Shown here: positions 1 to 9,909 of the stretch, one piece after another
How the letters are laid out: every line of letters starts with the position of its first letter
How positions within the stretch are numbered: position 1 is the first letter of the stretch
IMG/VR virus record: IMGVR_UViG_3300023115_001620
Span: 1 to 64,000 of that record
Length of the DNA stretch: 64,000 nucleotides
DNA from: a virus
Direction: 5' to 3' (one strand)
Made by a program: the position numbers and the translations under genes
Notes under the pieces: generated by a model
Database searches by the model: none
Seen by the model: the letters and a program-made list of their open reading frames with translations, nothing else
Told to the model about the DNA's origin: nothing

Positions 1-2
1 AT

Positions 3-563
3 ATGCGTGATGGTCTAGACTTTGATCGTTTATGGAACAACGTAAACAACTATCTAGCAAAGACACACAACGGGCTAGTAACGTTTATTGTTACTTTTAA
101 TATGTTGAGCTTGCCAAGTATTAAACGCTTGCTAGAGGGCATATATGCGCTGCAAAAGGCCCATAACGTGCGTAAAGTACGCAGAGACGATGCTACAGGC
201 AAACTAACATACTATGGTAATCATCGTGTGTTTGTTGATACACCTGCACTGCATCATCCTGCTTGGCAAAGTCTAAAACTTGCACCACAAGAACATTGGC
301 ATTATGCAGAATCTGCACTTGAGTTTATGAAAGCTCATCCTGACGGACAACGAGAAACACGATGGACAGGATTCAAGCCACACCAAATTGCTAGATTTGA
401 ACGTTCAATAGAATTTATGAAGGAAGGGTTTGCTACAGAAAAAGAACGCATAGATGCACAACAAAACTTTGTAAGATTTTTTACAGAGTATGACAAACGT
501 CGTGGCATAAGTTTTGAAAATACATTTCCTGAATACAAAGGATTAAAAGAAAAATGGAAATAG
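3..563 (+). CDS. C-terminal part of a probable radical SAM protein (5' end outside window)
   Basis: Resembles the C-terminus of phage radical SAM proteins (Y.R.GLDF..LW.N, TFN.LS, F..F..EYDKRRG..F...FPE); CxxxCxxC not visible in the window. Confidence 0.5.
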   Translation: MRDGLDFDRLWNNVNNYLAKTHNGLVTFIVTFNMLSLPSIKRLLEGIYALQKAHNVRKVRRDDATGKLTYYGNHRVFVDTPALHHPAWQSLKLAPQEHWHYAESALEFMKAHPDGQRETRWTGFKPHQIARFERSIEFMKEGFATEKERIDAQQNFVRFFTEYDKRRGISFENTFPEYKGLKEKWK

Positions 564-1816
564 ACAGACGAATTCATCCGCAGGAACTTGGACTGTTTAG
601 TAATGTATGTTTGGGAGATATTTGGTTCCCTCAACAGATTACTCCACAAATGGAAGGCTGGACTAGTGCATGGAAAGATTTATCAAAAACATTTTTTAAA
701 AAAGTAAAAACTCCTTACGCTGTATATTTTGGAGTGGGTTCTATATCTTGGTTAGAGTCTGAATATGCTTTAATGAATCCTAAAAATATCAGAGAATGTA
801 ATAAAAAAGGACTTAAGATATACTTATGGGAGCCATTGTCAACTTATAACATGCTAGACGAAGATGACAAGGAGGGCATATACACGTCTTGGTCCGACAC
901 AGACCTAGGAAACATTAGAGCATATGAACTTGATAGTATACAATACTATGCACAAATAAATGGCTTGACAAATGTGCAAGTGTATAGTCCTAGCTATAAT
1001 AGTAAATTATTTTTTCAAGATATATATCCTGAATTGCAAATAGATTGCACTCCTGTAGGATGGATTTATCCTGCCACTATTAATGTCCAAGAACAAGAAG
1101 GATATATGGATGCAGATAAGATTATAAAAAAGTTTTGGTGCGGCAACTGGCGTTATGCAAGTCATAGACATTGTGTTGCTAGTTACCTTGTACAAAAAAC
1201 CGACAGTTATAATTTAAGTTGGTTGTATGAAAGTAATGCAGAAATATTAGAACAAAATTCTACATTTAATCTGCCCAATAAAGATGATCTATATCGAGGC
1301 GCTGCAATCTTAGATACTATGGCACCTCTTAGTATGGATATAGACGTTGATAAAAAATTGAATAAAAACGAATATATAGACATACATATAGATACAAATC
1401 CTAAAAATGCATATGCAGAATGTTTTTGTGCTATTGTGAATGAAACACGTTACGCAGAGCCTACAGGTCTCTTGACAGAAAAGATAATGAATGCTATGCT
1501 TAATTATAGGCCTGTCATAATGGTAGGCCCGCCTGGTAATTTAGAATATATGCGAGCATGGGGATTTATGACATTCGATGAATGGTTCGACGAAAGTTAT
1601 GACTTAGAAAAGGATCATAGTAAACGTATGCAAAAGATATTTAGTTTAATAGACTGGATAAATTCAAAAAGCATAGATGACTTAAAAGAAATGTACATAG
1701 ATATGAATCACGTTCTATTACATAATAAAACATGGATAGAAGAACTACAAGAGCGTTTACTAGAAAAACCTATTACTAAAAATGAAATATTTAAGAGGAT
1801 ACGCTATGCTAATTAA
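554..1816 (+). CDS. Putative glycosyltransferase-like protein (paralog of 2399 and 20214)
   Basis: C-terminal IVNET...TEK...RP.I..G..G.L..MR.WGF.TFDEWFDESYD motif resembling a GT10/GT-B C-domain; sugar-gene context. Confidence 0.5.
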   Translation: MEIDRRIHPQELGLFSNVCLGDIWFPQQITPQMEGWTSAWKDLSKTFFKKVKTPYAVYFGVGSISWLESEYALMNPKNIRECNKKGLKIYLWEPLSTYNMLDEDDKEGIYTSWSDTDLGNIRAYELDSIQYYAQINGLTNVQVYSPSYNSKLFFQDIYPELQIDCTPVGWIYPATINVQEQEGYMDADKIIKKFWCGNWRYASHRHCVASYLVQKTDSYNLSWLYESNAEILEQNSTFNLPNKDDLYRGAAILDTMAPLSMDIDVDKKLNKNEYIDIHIDTNPKNAYAECFCAIVNETRYAEPTGLLTEKIMNAMLNYRPVIMVGPPGNLEYMRAWGFMTFDEWFDESYDLEKDHSKRMQKIFSLIDWINSKSIDDLKEMYIDMNHVLLHNKTWIEELQERLLEKPITKNEIFKRIRYAN

Positions 1817-2402
1817 AAATGCCAAACCACTAAAAATAATTGGATATGACCAAAGCATGCTTACACAAGATAGTATGTTTTACGGAAAAAACTTTGTCAA
1901 CGAAGATTGTAGCATCATGAGCCCACAAGAGTTCAAGCAATTACAAAGCAAAGATGATTTCCAGTATTTTATTGGATTTGCTCTAGATTTACAGGAGCGC
2001 AGCGAAACAATAGATTTACTTGATGAATACGATTGCGACTGTGTTACTTATATCCACGAAACTGCTGTTATACACGAAGGTGCTGTAATTGGAAAGGGTT
2101 CTTGTGTTGCCAACTTTAGTACAGTAATGCAAGGTGCAGTTGTAGGGAAACACTGTTTTATTGAAACATACTGCCTAGTTAGTCACGGTGTGAATCTTGG
2201 AGATAATTGTATGCTGCATAGCGGAACTATGATTGCAGGAAAAACTAATGTCGGTAGGAATTGTATGTTTAACTTTAGGAGTGGTGCAATAAACAAAATA
2301 GACATATGTGACAATGTTATTGTTGGAGCATTTTCTAACCTAACTAAAAGTGTTGACAAGGCAGGTGTGTATGTAGGTTCTCCTGCTAGAAAATTAAAAT
2401 GA
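1806..2402 (+). CDS. Hexapeptide-repeat sugar acetyltransferase (NeuD/PglD-like)
   Basis: Left-handed beta-helix repeats (IHETAVIHEGAVIGKG...VGKHCFI...SHGVNLG) and terminal YVGSPARKLK; ATG 1806 preceded by GAGG. Confidence 0.85.
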   Translation: MLIKNAKPLKIIGYDQSMLTQDSMFYGKNFVNEDCSIMSPQEFKQLQSKDDFQYFIGFALDLQERSETIDLLDEYDCDCVTYIHETAVIHEGAVIGKGSCVANFSTVMQGAVVGKHCFIETYCLVSHGVNLGDNCMLHSGTMIAGKTNVGRNCMFNFRSGAINKIDICDNVIVGAFSNLTKSVDKAGVYVGSPARKLK

Positions 2403-3352
2403 AGTATCTGAATATATGGAAAGATATCCATGTTTATATTCGTGAACACGGTATTGATAACTTTTTATCTAATTTACAAAATAACAAAGAAGAAACAATT
2501 TTAATGTGTGCAGAAGAGGCAAGTTTACATGCTGTCTCGAATGTAATAAAAAAATACAAATTAGGTCATGTCCATATGGTAAATGGTGGATACGATATTA
2601 ATTATTACAATAACGTATTTGCAGGACAAGACATTTCATATTCTATATGGCCCTTTTACTTTTTGTATGAAACTTTTTATCACAACAACTTTCATAATCT
2701 AAATTGTGACATAGAATGTTTGTTTTTGAATATGAATTATAGGCCTAGGTTGCATAGAAAAAAACTTATTGATAGGTTGGAATCTGCATGCATACTAGAA
2801 GAAAATTATTTTACATGGCATAATCCAGGATATAAAAAAACATTCCAACCAGACTTTGATGAAATAGATTACTATTGGAAATTTTGGAAACCTAGTACTG
2901 TGACCTTAGAATCGCAAAATTGGGATCAATATTCTCCTCCAATAGAAATGTATAAAAGTGCTATAAATCTAGTTACCGAATCGTTTTTACATTGTGGATT
3001 TATAACTGAAAAAACCTGGAATTCTATCATTTGCAAAAGACCATTTATTATACTAGGTGCTCCGGGTATACATAAACATTTACATAATTTAGGTTTTGAA
3101 TTTAGTGATAAAATAAATTATGACTTTGATAGTGTTGATGATACTGATACTAGAATTAATCTAATTGTACAAGAATTGGAAAGATTAAGCAGTTTAAATG
3201 TAAAAAATCTTTATGAAAGTACGATAAGCCTTAACGAACATAACTATAATAAAGCTATTGATATTATAAAAACTGAAGAACAATCTGTTTATGTAAAACA
3301 TCATTATAGTGAAATAATAAATAGAGCAAGGACAAAAGCACATGAGCTTTGA
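2399..3352 (+). CDS. Putative glycosyltransferase-like protein
   Basis: INLVTES...FITEKTW...KRPFIILG..G....L..LGFE motif shared with ORFs 554 and 20214. Confidence 0.5.
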   Translation: MKYLNIWKDIHVYIREHGIDNFLSNLQNNKEETILMCAEEASLHAVSNVIKKYKLGHVHMVNGGYDINYYNNVFAGQDISYSIWPFYFLYETFYHNNFHNLNCDIECLFLNMNYRPRLHRKKLIDRLESACILEENYFTWHNPGYKKTFQPDFDEIDYYWKFWKPSTVTLESQNWDQYSPPIEMYKSAINLVTESFLHCGFITEKTWNSIICKRPFIILGAPGIHKHLHNLGFEFSDKINYDFDSVDDTDTRINLIVQELERLSSLNVKNLYESTISLNEHNYNKAIDIIKTEEQSVYVKHHYSEIINRARTKAHEL

Positions 3353-3938
3353 TGCAGTAGAACAATTTGAAAAAGAAATTGCAAGTTTCTACGGTGCACC
3401 GTATGCAGTAGCAACAGATAGTTGTACCCATGCAATTGAATTATGTTTGAGATATAAAAAAGTAAAACATACTGCATGTCCAAAACATACCTATCTTAGT
3501 GTACCAATGACTATGGAAAAATTAGGATTGCGTTGGAAATTACATGAAGCAAGGTGGAAAGAATACTATCATCTTGCTAATACAAACATAATAGATGCAG
3601 CAGTATATTGGAAAAAGCAAGGATATATACCTAATACCTTAATGTGCCTAAGTTTCCAATTCAAAAAACATTTGAGTTTAGGCAGAGGCGGAATGATATT
3701 ATGCGACAGTGCATTAGATCGTGCAGAGCTTATAAAAATGAGTTATGACGGTAGACATCGTAATGCCCCTTGGACAGAACAAGAAGTATACCAAATGGGT
3801 TACCATTATTATATGACGCCGGAAACAGCAGAATTAGGATTGGCAAAACTTAACGATGCTGCCTCGGCATACGCAAAAAATTGGTCGTGGTCTGATTATC
3901 CTGATCTGTCTAAGATGCCTCTTTTTAAGAATAAATAA
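3342..3938 (+). CDS. DegT/DnrJ/EryC1/StrS-family PLP aminotransferase (short form)
   Basis: FE..IA.F.GAPYAVA.DSCT.AI, IIDAA, SFQFKKHLSLGRGG (PLP lysine loop). Confidence 0.85.
   Translation: MSFDAVEQFEKEIASFYGAPYAVATDSCTHAIELCLRYKKVKHTACPKHTYLSVPMTMEKLGLRWKLHEARWKEYYHLANTNIIDAAVYWKKQGYIPNTLMCLSFQFKKHLSLGRGGMILCDSALDRAELIKMSYDGRHRNAPWTEQEVYQMGYHYYMTPETAELGLAKLNDAASAYAKNWSWSDYPDLSKMPLFKNK
3931..3937 (+). promoter_or_regulatory. T4-like late promoter motif ATAAATA
   Basis: Upstream of the AGGAG SD and ATG 3964; the same motif recurs at many gene starts. Confidence 0.55.
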
Positions 3939-3963
3939 TATACGCATATTATAGGAGTAACAA

Positions 3964-5193
3964 ATGAATATCGGTTTTATCGGTGTAGGTAAATTAGGCA
4001 TGCCTTGTGCAGAAGCAATTGCACAAAAAGGACATGATGTAACCGGATACGATGTAGTAAAAAGAAAAAGTAATTATATTACAATGTATCCTACAATTCA
4101 AGGTGCTGTTCAAGGCAGAGATATAGTGTTTATTGCAGTTCCTACTCCGCATGATCCTGATTATGATGGTCGAGCTCCTACAGCACATTTAGAACCCAAG
4201 GATTTTTCATATGATATTGTAAATGAAGTTATAGATGAAGCAAATAAACATATGACCAAAGATCAATTGCTTGTATTAATTTCAACTGTACTACCTGGCA
4301 CAGTACGTAGAGAATTTGTACCAAGAATTACCAATCCGAGATTTGTGTATAATCCATATCTTATTGCAATGGGCAGTGTAGCATGGGACATGATTAATCC
4401 AGAAATGGTCATGATTGGCACAGAAGACGGCGCAGAGAATGGTGATGCCAAAGAACTTGTGGACTTTTACAAAACTATAATGGAAAATGATCCACGGTAT
4501 GTTGTAGGCACATGGGACGAGTGTGAATGTATTAAGGTGTTTTACAATACCTTTATTAGTACAAAGATTGGTCTTGTAAACATGATACAAGACGTTGCAG
4601 AATCTCAAGGTAATATTAACGTAGATGTAGTGACTAAAGCACTAGCAGATAGCACAATGCGTATTATGGGTCCACAGTACATGACAGCTGGTATGGGCGA
4701 CGGAGGAGGCTGTCACCCTAGAGACAATATTGCACTAAGATATATGGCTCAAGAACTAGATTTAGGTTATGATATTTTTGATGCAGTAATGAATGCAAGA
4801 GAAATTCAAGCAGAAAATCTTGCTCTTAAATTAGTAGATTTAGCAAATGAATACAACTATCCTATCTATATACATGGCAAAGCATATAAACCTGGCGTAG
4901 AATATTGTGACGGTAGTTACAGTTTATTAGTAGGGCATTACTGTGAAAAGCACGGATTTGCACCTGTATATATTGATCCTTTAACAGGCGATAATAACGA
5001 ACCTAATGAACCGTGTATAATGTTAATGGCACATAGTCCTAGCACAACTTACAAATACATGCAAGAAGAAGGTGATAGTACGGATAAAGTATATTGCAAT
5101 ATACCGTCAGATAGTGTTATAGTTGATCCTTGGCGTAAATACCAAAATCCTAATTGCGAAGTAATTCATTACGGTAACACAAGAAATGTATGA
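3964..5193 (+). CDS. ugd: UDP-glucose/GDP-mannose 6-dehydrogenase family
   Basis: GxGxxG (GVGKLG), FIAVPTP, STVLPGT, GGGCHPRD catalytic Cys, K.YKP. Confidence 0.9.
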   Translation: MNIGFIGVGKLGMPCAEAIAQKGHDVTGYDVVKRKSNYITMYPTIQGAVQGRDIVFIAVPTPHDPDYDGRAPTAHLEPKDFSYDIVNEVIDEANKHMTKDQLLVLISTVLPGTVRREFVPRITNPRFVYNPYLIAMGSVAWDMINPEMVMIGTEDGAENGDAKELVDFYKTIMENDPRYVVGTWDECECIKVFYNTFISTKIGLVNMIQDVAESQGNINVDVVTKALADSTMRIMGPQYMTAGMGDGGGCHPRDNIALRYMAQELDLGYDIFDAVMNAREIQAENLALKLVDLANEYNYPIYIHGKAYKPGVEYCDGSYSLLVGHYCEKHGFAPVYIDPLTGDNNEPNEPCIMLMAHSPSTTYKYMQEEGDSTDKVYCNIPSDSVIVDPWRKYQNPNCEVIHYGNTRNV

Positions 5194-5863
5194 TATTGTT
5201 TTTATATCATATCAAGAACCAAACGCAGATGAAAATTTTACAAAATTAAAACAACGGTTTCCTATGGTAAAACGTGTGCACGGTGTAAAGGGAATACATC
5301 AAGCACATATTGCCGCTGCCAAAAAATGTTTTACTAAGATGTTTTGGGTAGTTGATGCTGATGCACTTATTGCAGATGATTTTAATTTTGATTATGAGGT
5401 AGACGATTACAATTTAGAAACTGTGCATGTGTGGCGCAGTCAAAATCCTATTAATGATCTTGTGTATGGTTATGGCGGTGTAAAACTGTTGCCACGTAAA
5501 CTTACAATTAATATGGATATTAGCAAGCCTGACATGACTACTAGTATTAGTTCAAAATTTAAAGCAGTAAAAGAATTATCAAATATTACTGCATTTAATA
5601 CAGATCCTTTTAACACTTGGAAAAGTGCGTTTAGAGAGTGTGCAAAACTTAGTAGTAAAATAATTGATAGGCAGAAAAATGAAGAAACAGAACAAAGACT
5701 TGAAACGTGGTGTACAATTGGAGAACACAGACCTTATGGTTCCTATGCTCTTGCCGGTGCTAGGGCTGGCCGTGAGTTTGGCATTTCTAATAGTAACAGT
5801 TTACAACTTATAAATGACTTTGATTGGTTAAAGGAGCAGTTTAATGATAAAAACAGATCCTGA
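5186..5863 (+). CDS. GT-A-fold glycosyltransferase-like protein
   Basis: DIVFISY.E, FWVVDAD (DxD), YGYGGVKL, W.SAFRE. Confidence 0.6.
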   Translation: MYDIVFISYQEPNADENFTKLKQRFPMVKRVHGVKGIHQAHIAAAKKCFTKMFWVVDADALIADDFNFDYEVDDYNLETVHVWRSQNPINDLVYGYGGVKLLPRKLTINMDISKPDMTTSISSKFKAVKELSNITAFNTDPFNTWKSAFRECAKLSSKIIDRQKNEETEQRLETWCTIGEHRPYGSYALAGARAGREFGISNSNSLQLINDFDWLKEQFNDKNRS

Positions 5864-6302
5864 TCTAATTACAAATTTAGAGACTAATGCTCTTTGGTTA
5901 GTAATACATCCTGTCACTACTTTCGATAATGAAATACATGAAATATATCCCTGGGTACGTGCAGAAACAATTAATTTTTCAAAAAGAATATTACACTATT
6001 TAAAAAATGTCAAATATAAAGCTATTTCAGCACCTACCGAAGCAATAAGGTTTTTCCATAATTATCCTAATTTGGTTTCCTCTAGTCAATTGCAAGATTA
6101 CATGAAAAAACATAAACTTTCTAATATAGTTTATTGCGGATTTCACTATGGCTTTTGTATACTAAATGATGAAAAAGTTGGTATTAACAAAATGGAAAAA
6201 TACTATACTTGCTTTGTTAAAAAAGATATTTGCCAACTTGCTTGGGAAGCAGATTGGGAAGAATGCGATAAAAAAACAAGCAAAGTTGCACAAATAATTT
6301 AA
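5844..6302 (+). CDS. Hypothetical protein (weak cysteine-hydrolase-like motif)
   Basis: ORF with SD, coupled to neighbours; IVYCGFHYGFCI. Confidence 0.5.
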   Translation: MIKTDPDLITNLETNALWLVIHPVTTFDNEIHEIYPWVRAETINFSKRILHYLKNVKYKAISAPTEAIRFFHNYPNLVSSSQLQDYMKKHKLSNIVYCGFHYGFCILNDEKVGINKMEKYYTCFVKKDICQLAWEADWEECDKKTSKVAQII

Positions 6303-6310
6303 GGATTAAT

Positions 6311-6958
6311 ATGTCAATACATAACAGTGAGTTTTTTGATAACTTTGGACAAGTACTAAACAAATTTCCTGATTTATATCTTACAGATCTTTTTTCAAAA
6401 GGACAGATGGAATCTAAACGTTGGTTGGTTAATGAACTTGAAAAAATTAACCAACCATTAGGAACTGTGTTTTTATGTGCTGGTTGGTATGGCAGTTTGG
6501 CAACATTTCTATTTGAAAGTAAATTAGAAATAGAAAAGATTAGAAGTTTTGATATAGACAAGCATTGTGCAGCAATCGCAGAAACATTTAATCGCACAAA
6601 AACAATGGATAATTGGAAGTTTAAGGCTAGTACACTAGATATTTCAAAATTGGATTATCCTACGACTTACAGTACATTTAGATCAGATGGATCAAGTTTA
6701 GAACTTACAGAAATGCCAAATACAATTATTAATACTAGTTGTGAACATATTGACAACTTTGATGTATGGTTTAACAATATACCTGCAGGAACATTTGTTA
6801 TATTACAGTCAAATGATTACTTTGATTTACCAGAACACGTAAATTGCTGTATAGATTTAGAAGACTTTTCTAAAATGACACCTATGCATAAAGTATATTA
6901 TCAAGGGCAAATTGCACTATCTAAGTACAATAGATATATGCGTATAGGAATAAAATAG
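6311..6958 (+). CDS. Class I SAM-dependent methyltransferase
   Basis: AGWYG motif I, SFDID, IINTSCEH. Confidence 0.75.
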   Translation: MSIHNSEFFDNFGQVLNKFPDLYLTDLFSKGQMESKRWLVNELEKINQPLGTVFLCAGWYGSLATFLFESKLEIEKIRSFDIDKHCAAIAETFNRTKTMDNWKFKASTLDISKLDYPTTYSTFRSDGSSLELTEMPNTIINTSCEHIDNFDVWFNNIPAGTFVILQSNDYFDLPEHVNCCIDLEDFSKMTPMHKVYYQGQIALSKYNRYMRIGIK

Positions 6959-6989
6959 TCACAAGCAGCTATACACGTTTCAAACCTCA

Positions 6990-6996
6990 ATAAATA
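6990..6996 (+). promoter_or_regulatory. T4-like late promoter motif ATAAATA upstream of the P450 cluster
   Basis: Intergenic, 26 nt before ATG 7023. Confidence 0.55.
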
Positions 6997-7022
6997 CGTA
7001 TATTATTTACATAAGAGATAAA

Positions 7023-8270
7023 ATGCGAAAAAATGATTTTGAGATAGTAAATCCAGAATTTCTTTATAAAATGGACGAACACGCAGAATGCTTGTTTGCT
7101 ACAGAGCCTCGCGGTTTTTATTGGCACCCAGTATATAAACATTGGATTATATTCTCAATGGATAAACTTAAAGAAGCTTCTAAAATGAATGAGGATTTTA
7201 GTTTAGCAACCACGTCTCCTGCTCCTTTTGATCCAACACCCTTAGGCGGAATATGGAGAGCAGGATATGCACTTACTCTCCGAGAAGGCCCACATCATCA
7301 TTTAGCAAAGAAGCATAGTCTAGACTGGCTCAAGCGCAGATCTACCGACTTTACTAAAATCTTTACTAACAACTTAAATAATGCCCTTGATAGTATACAA
7401 AAGGGAAAATCTTTTAAAGCATACGATATAATTGGTAAAACAGTTACACATACACAGATACAAAGTATAGAATTTCCTTGGCATATACTAGATGTTAATG
7501 AGGAGTTTGTCAAGGATGCTTATTTTCAGTGGATGAAACCTGGCGGTGTTTTTAGCAATTTTAATCCTGATTTTGATTACGATAAACCTGTTGCAGAAAC
7601 AACTGAATTTTACAGCATGTTTGCACAAATAGTAGATAAAACAATTGACTATTATCATATTGATCGACCTGATGCAGACACAATGATTAACATGACAAAA
7701 AATCTTAGTGACAAGCAATCGGAATATAATGACAACCCTAAAAAGATGGCTTATATGCTTATACAATCATTATGGACTGTTGTAATACCTACATTTTCAT
7801 TAAGTTTATATCAAAATATCTTGATGAACTTTTGTAAATATCCAGAAATTGCTGCAAGAGTCAAAAACGATAGATCTCTTGTTCCTTCTTTTGCTCGTGA
7901 AAGTTTACGCTTAGGACCTATGAAAGGCGGCATAAGAGATATTACACGCACCTTAGATTATCATGGATACAAATTTGATAAAGGCGGCAGAATACTCCTT
8001 TATACATACGGAGCAAATAGAGACCCAAAATATTTTAAAGATCCACTTGAATTTAAATTAGAAAGAGATAATGAACCATTGCCTGTTACTCTAGCATACG
8101 GTCCGCATCATTGCACTGGTGATTTTCTTGTAAAACATTTTCTAGAAATTATCACTAACGCTGTATTAGATAGGTTTAGTGAATTTGAAATTACAAATCA
8201 ACCAGAACTGCTACCCGCTATGTTTGGTTCTACAACTGTGTATAAAGACCTTGAGTTAAAATTTTCATGA
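7023..8270 (+). CDS. Cytochrome P450
   Basis: ExxR (ESLR), ANRDPKYF.DP.EF, heme-ligand loop AYGPHHCTG; 415 aa. Confidence 0.9.
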   Translation: MRKNDFEIVNPEFLYKMDEHAECLFATEPRGFYWHPVYKHWIIFSMDKLKEASKMNEDFSLATTSPAPFDPTPLGGIWRAGYALTLREGPHHHLAKKHSLDWLKRRSTDFTKIFTNNLNNALDSIQKGKSFKAYDIIGKTVTHTQIQSIEFPWHILDVNEEFVKDAYFQWMKPGGVFSNFNPDFDYDKPVAETTEFYSMFAQIVDKTIDYYHIDRPDADTMINMTKNLSDKQSEYNDNPKKMAYMLIQSLWTVVIPTFSLSLYQNILMNFCKYPEIAARVKNDRSLVPSFARESLRLGPMKGGIRDITRTLDYHGYKFDKGGRILLYTYGANRDPKYFKDPLEFKLERDNEPLPVTLAYGPHHCTGDFLVKHFLEIITNAVLDRFSEFEITNQPELLPAMFGSTTVYKDLELKFS

Positions 8271-8782
8271 TAAAAACAAAACAATTATATAATGCAACCC
8301 ATGAGTTAATTACGTTTATACAGGAGTGTGATAAATTAGGATATAAAAATAATAACACATTAGAAGCAATGAAGTTTGATTGGTGTTTAGCAAATGGTGG
8401 ATCTTGGTATGCTACATTTGTTGATGATAAAATTGTTGGTATAAGTGGCTTGCACAAATTTGCTGATGGTTATCGTGCACTTTTTAGAGGCTGCCAGCTG
8501 CACCCTATTCCAGGAGGATTATCTAAAAATCATATGAATTGCTGGATGTTTTATTATCATTTACCTTTAGTTATAGATCGTGTAGACGGACCAATCTATA
8601 TTACAACCAACACAGATAACGATGCAAGTGGAAAAATGTTAAAATTAAATAAATTATACTCTATATTAGAAAAATCAGGCATAGTAGATTTTGTTGCTGA
8701 AGAAGAAGTGTTTTACACTAATCAAAATATATGGAAATTAAATAATAAAATTTATTTAGACGCAAGGAGTAAAGTAAAATGA
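8267..8782 (+). CDS. GNAT-like protein
   Basis: DDKIVGISG.H....R.LFRG pattern; ATGA-coupled to the P450. Confidence 0.45.
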   Translation: MIKTKQLYNATHELITFIQECDKLGYKNNNTLEAMKFDWCLANGGSWYATFVDDKIVGISGLHKFADGYRALFRGCQLHPIPGGLSKNHMNCWMFYYHLPLVIDRVDGPIYITTNTDNDASGKMLKLNKLYSILEKSGIVDFVAEEEVFYTNQNIWKLNNKIYLDARSKVK

Positions 8783-9906
8783 AGATTGCAATTTTAGGCG
8801 CTGGCAGTGCCGGCATTCTTACTACTGGTTGTATCCTTAAAGATTTTAAAAACAGAAATATTGAATGTGAAGTTACCCATATTTTTGATCCTAATATTCC
8901 TATACTAGGAGTAGGAGAAAGCACAACATCAGAAGTGACATTTGCAATAGGACAAGCATTTAATTTTATTTTTGCTACTGAATCAGACGAAATAAAAAGC
9001 ACTACTAAGTATGGTACACACTATATTGACTGGAGAGAAAAAGACATAATTTTTCCTTTTCAATCAGGTTATCATGCTGTTCATTTTGATGCTAGAGACT
9101 TTGCAAAAATGGGACTAGAAAGATTAAAAAGAATATATCCAAATTATAAATTATTACAGGAAAGCTGGCAAGAGTCTAGTGCAGAAAATTATGATTATGT
9201 AATTGATTGTCGCGGACGTCCCCAAGATTTCTCAGATTATAAGGAATGTAATTTAATACTTAATAGTGCTTTAGTTTACGATGATCCTGAACCTAGTGAT
9301 TTTGGATTTACTAGACATGTAGCGCACAAATACGGATGGATGTTTGTAATTCCTTTAAAGCACAGAACATCACACGGTTTCTTATATAATAAAGATTTCT
9401 GCAATAGGCAGGAAGCAGAAGCAGAACTCATACGTATTACAAACGCAACAGAAAAAGATATTGAAAATTTTAGAACATTTACATTGAAGCCTTACTACTG
9501 TAAAAAGACAGTGAATGGACGTATGTTGAAAAACGGTAACAGAGCTGTATTTTTTGAGCCTATGAGTGCTAATTCTCTTTATATGGCTGTCAAAAATACA
9601 CAAATTTTATCTCAATATATGAGGGGAGAAATTAGTCAAGACGAAGCTAACAAATTGTGCATCCTAAACTATCGTGCAGTTGAAGATTTAATTAATCTAA
9701 TTTACCACGGTGGTTCTATATACGACAATGATTTTTGGCAGTGGACAAAAAAACGTGCTTCAAAAAATCTGCAAGAAACTGACGTCTTAAAAAGATATGT
9801 AAAAGATCAAGAAGATGAAATGTTTAAAACTATTACAGAAAGATTTATGGGGCACCATGTTTTACGATATGTAGACAAAGAATTTGAGTTTAATTATTTT
9901 GAGTAA
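8779..9906 (+). CDS. Flavin-dependent halogenase (tryptophan halogenase family)
   Basis: GAGSAG, GVGEST, TKYG (candidate catalytic Lys), VIDCRG, GWMFVIPL, GN...FFEPMSA. Confidence 0.8.
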   Translation: MKIAILGAGSAGILTTGCILKDFKNRNIECEVTHIFDPNIPILGVGESTTSEVTFAIGQAFNFIFATESDEIKSTTKYGTHYIDWREKDIIFPFQSGYHAVHFDARDFAKMGLERLKRIYPNYKLLQESWQESSAENYDYVIDCRGRPQDFSDYKECNLILNSALVYDDPEPSDFGFTRHVAHKYGWMFVIPLKHRTSHGFLYNKDFCNRQEAEAELIRITNATEKDIENFRTFTLKPYYCKKTVNGRMLKNGNRAVFFEPMSANSLYMAVKNTQILSQYMRGEISQDEANKLCILNYRAVEDLINLIYHGGSIYDNDFWQWTKKRASKNLQETDVLKRYVKDQEDEMFKTITERFMGHHVLRYVDKEFEFNYFE

Positions 9907-9909
9907 ATT

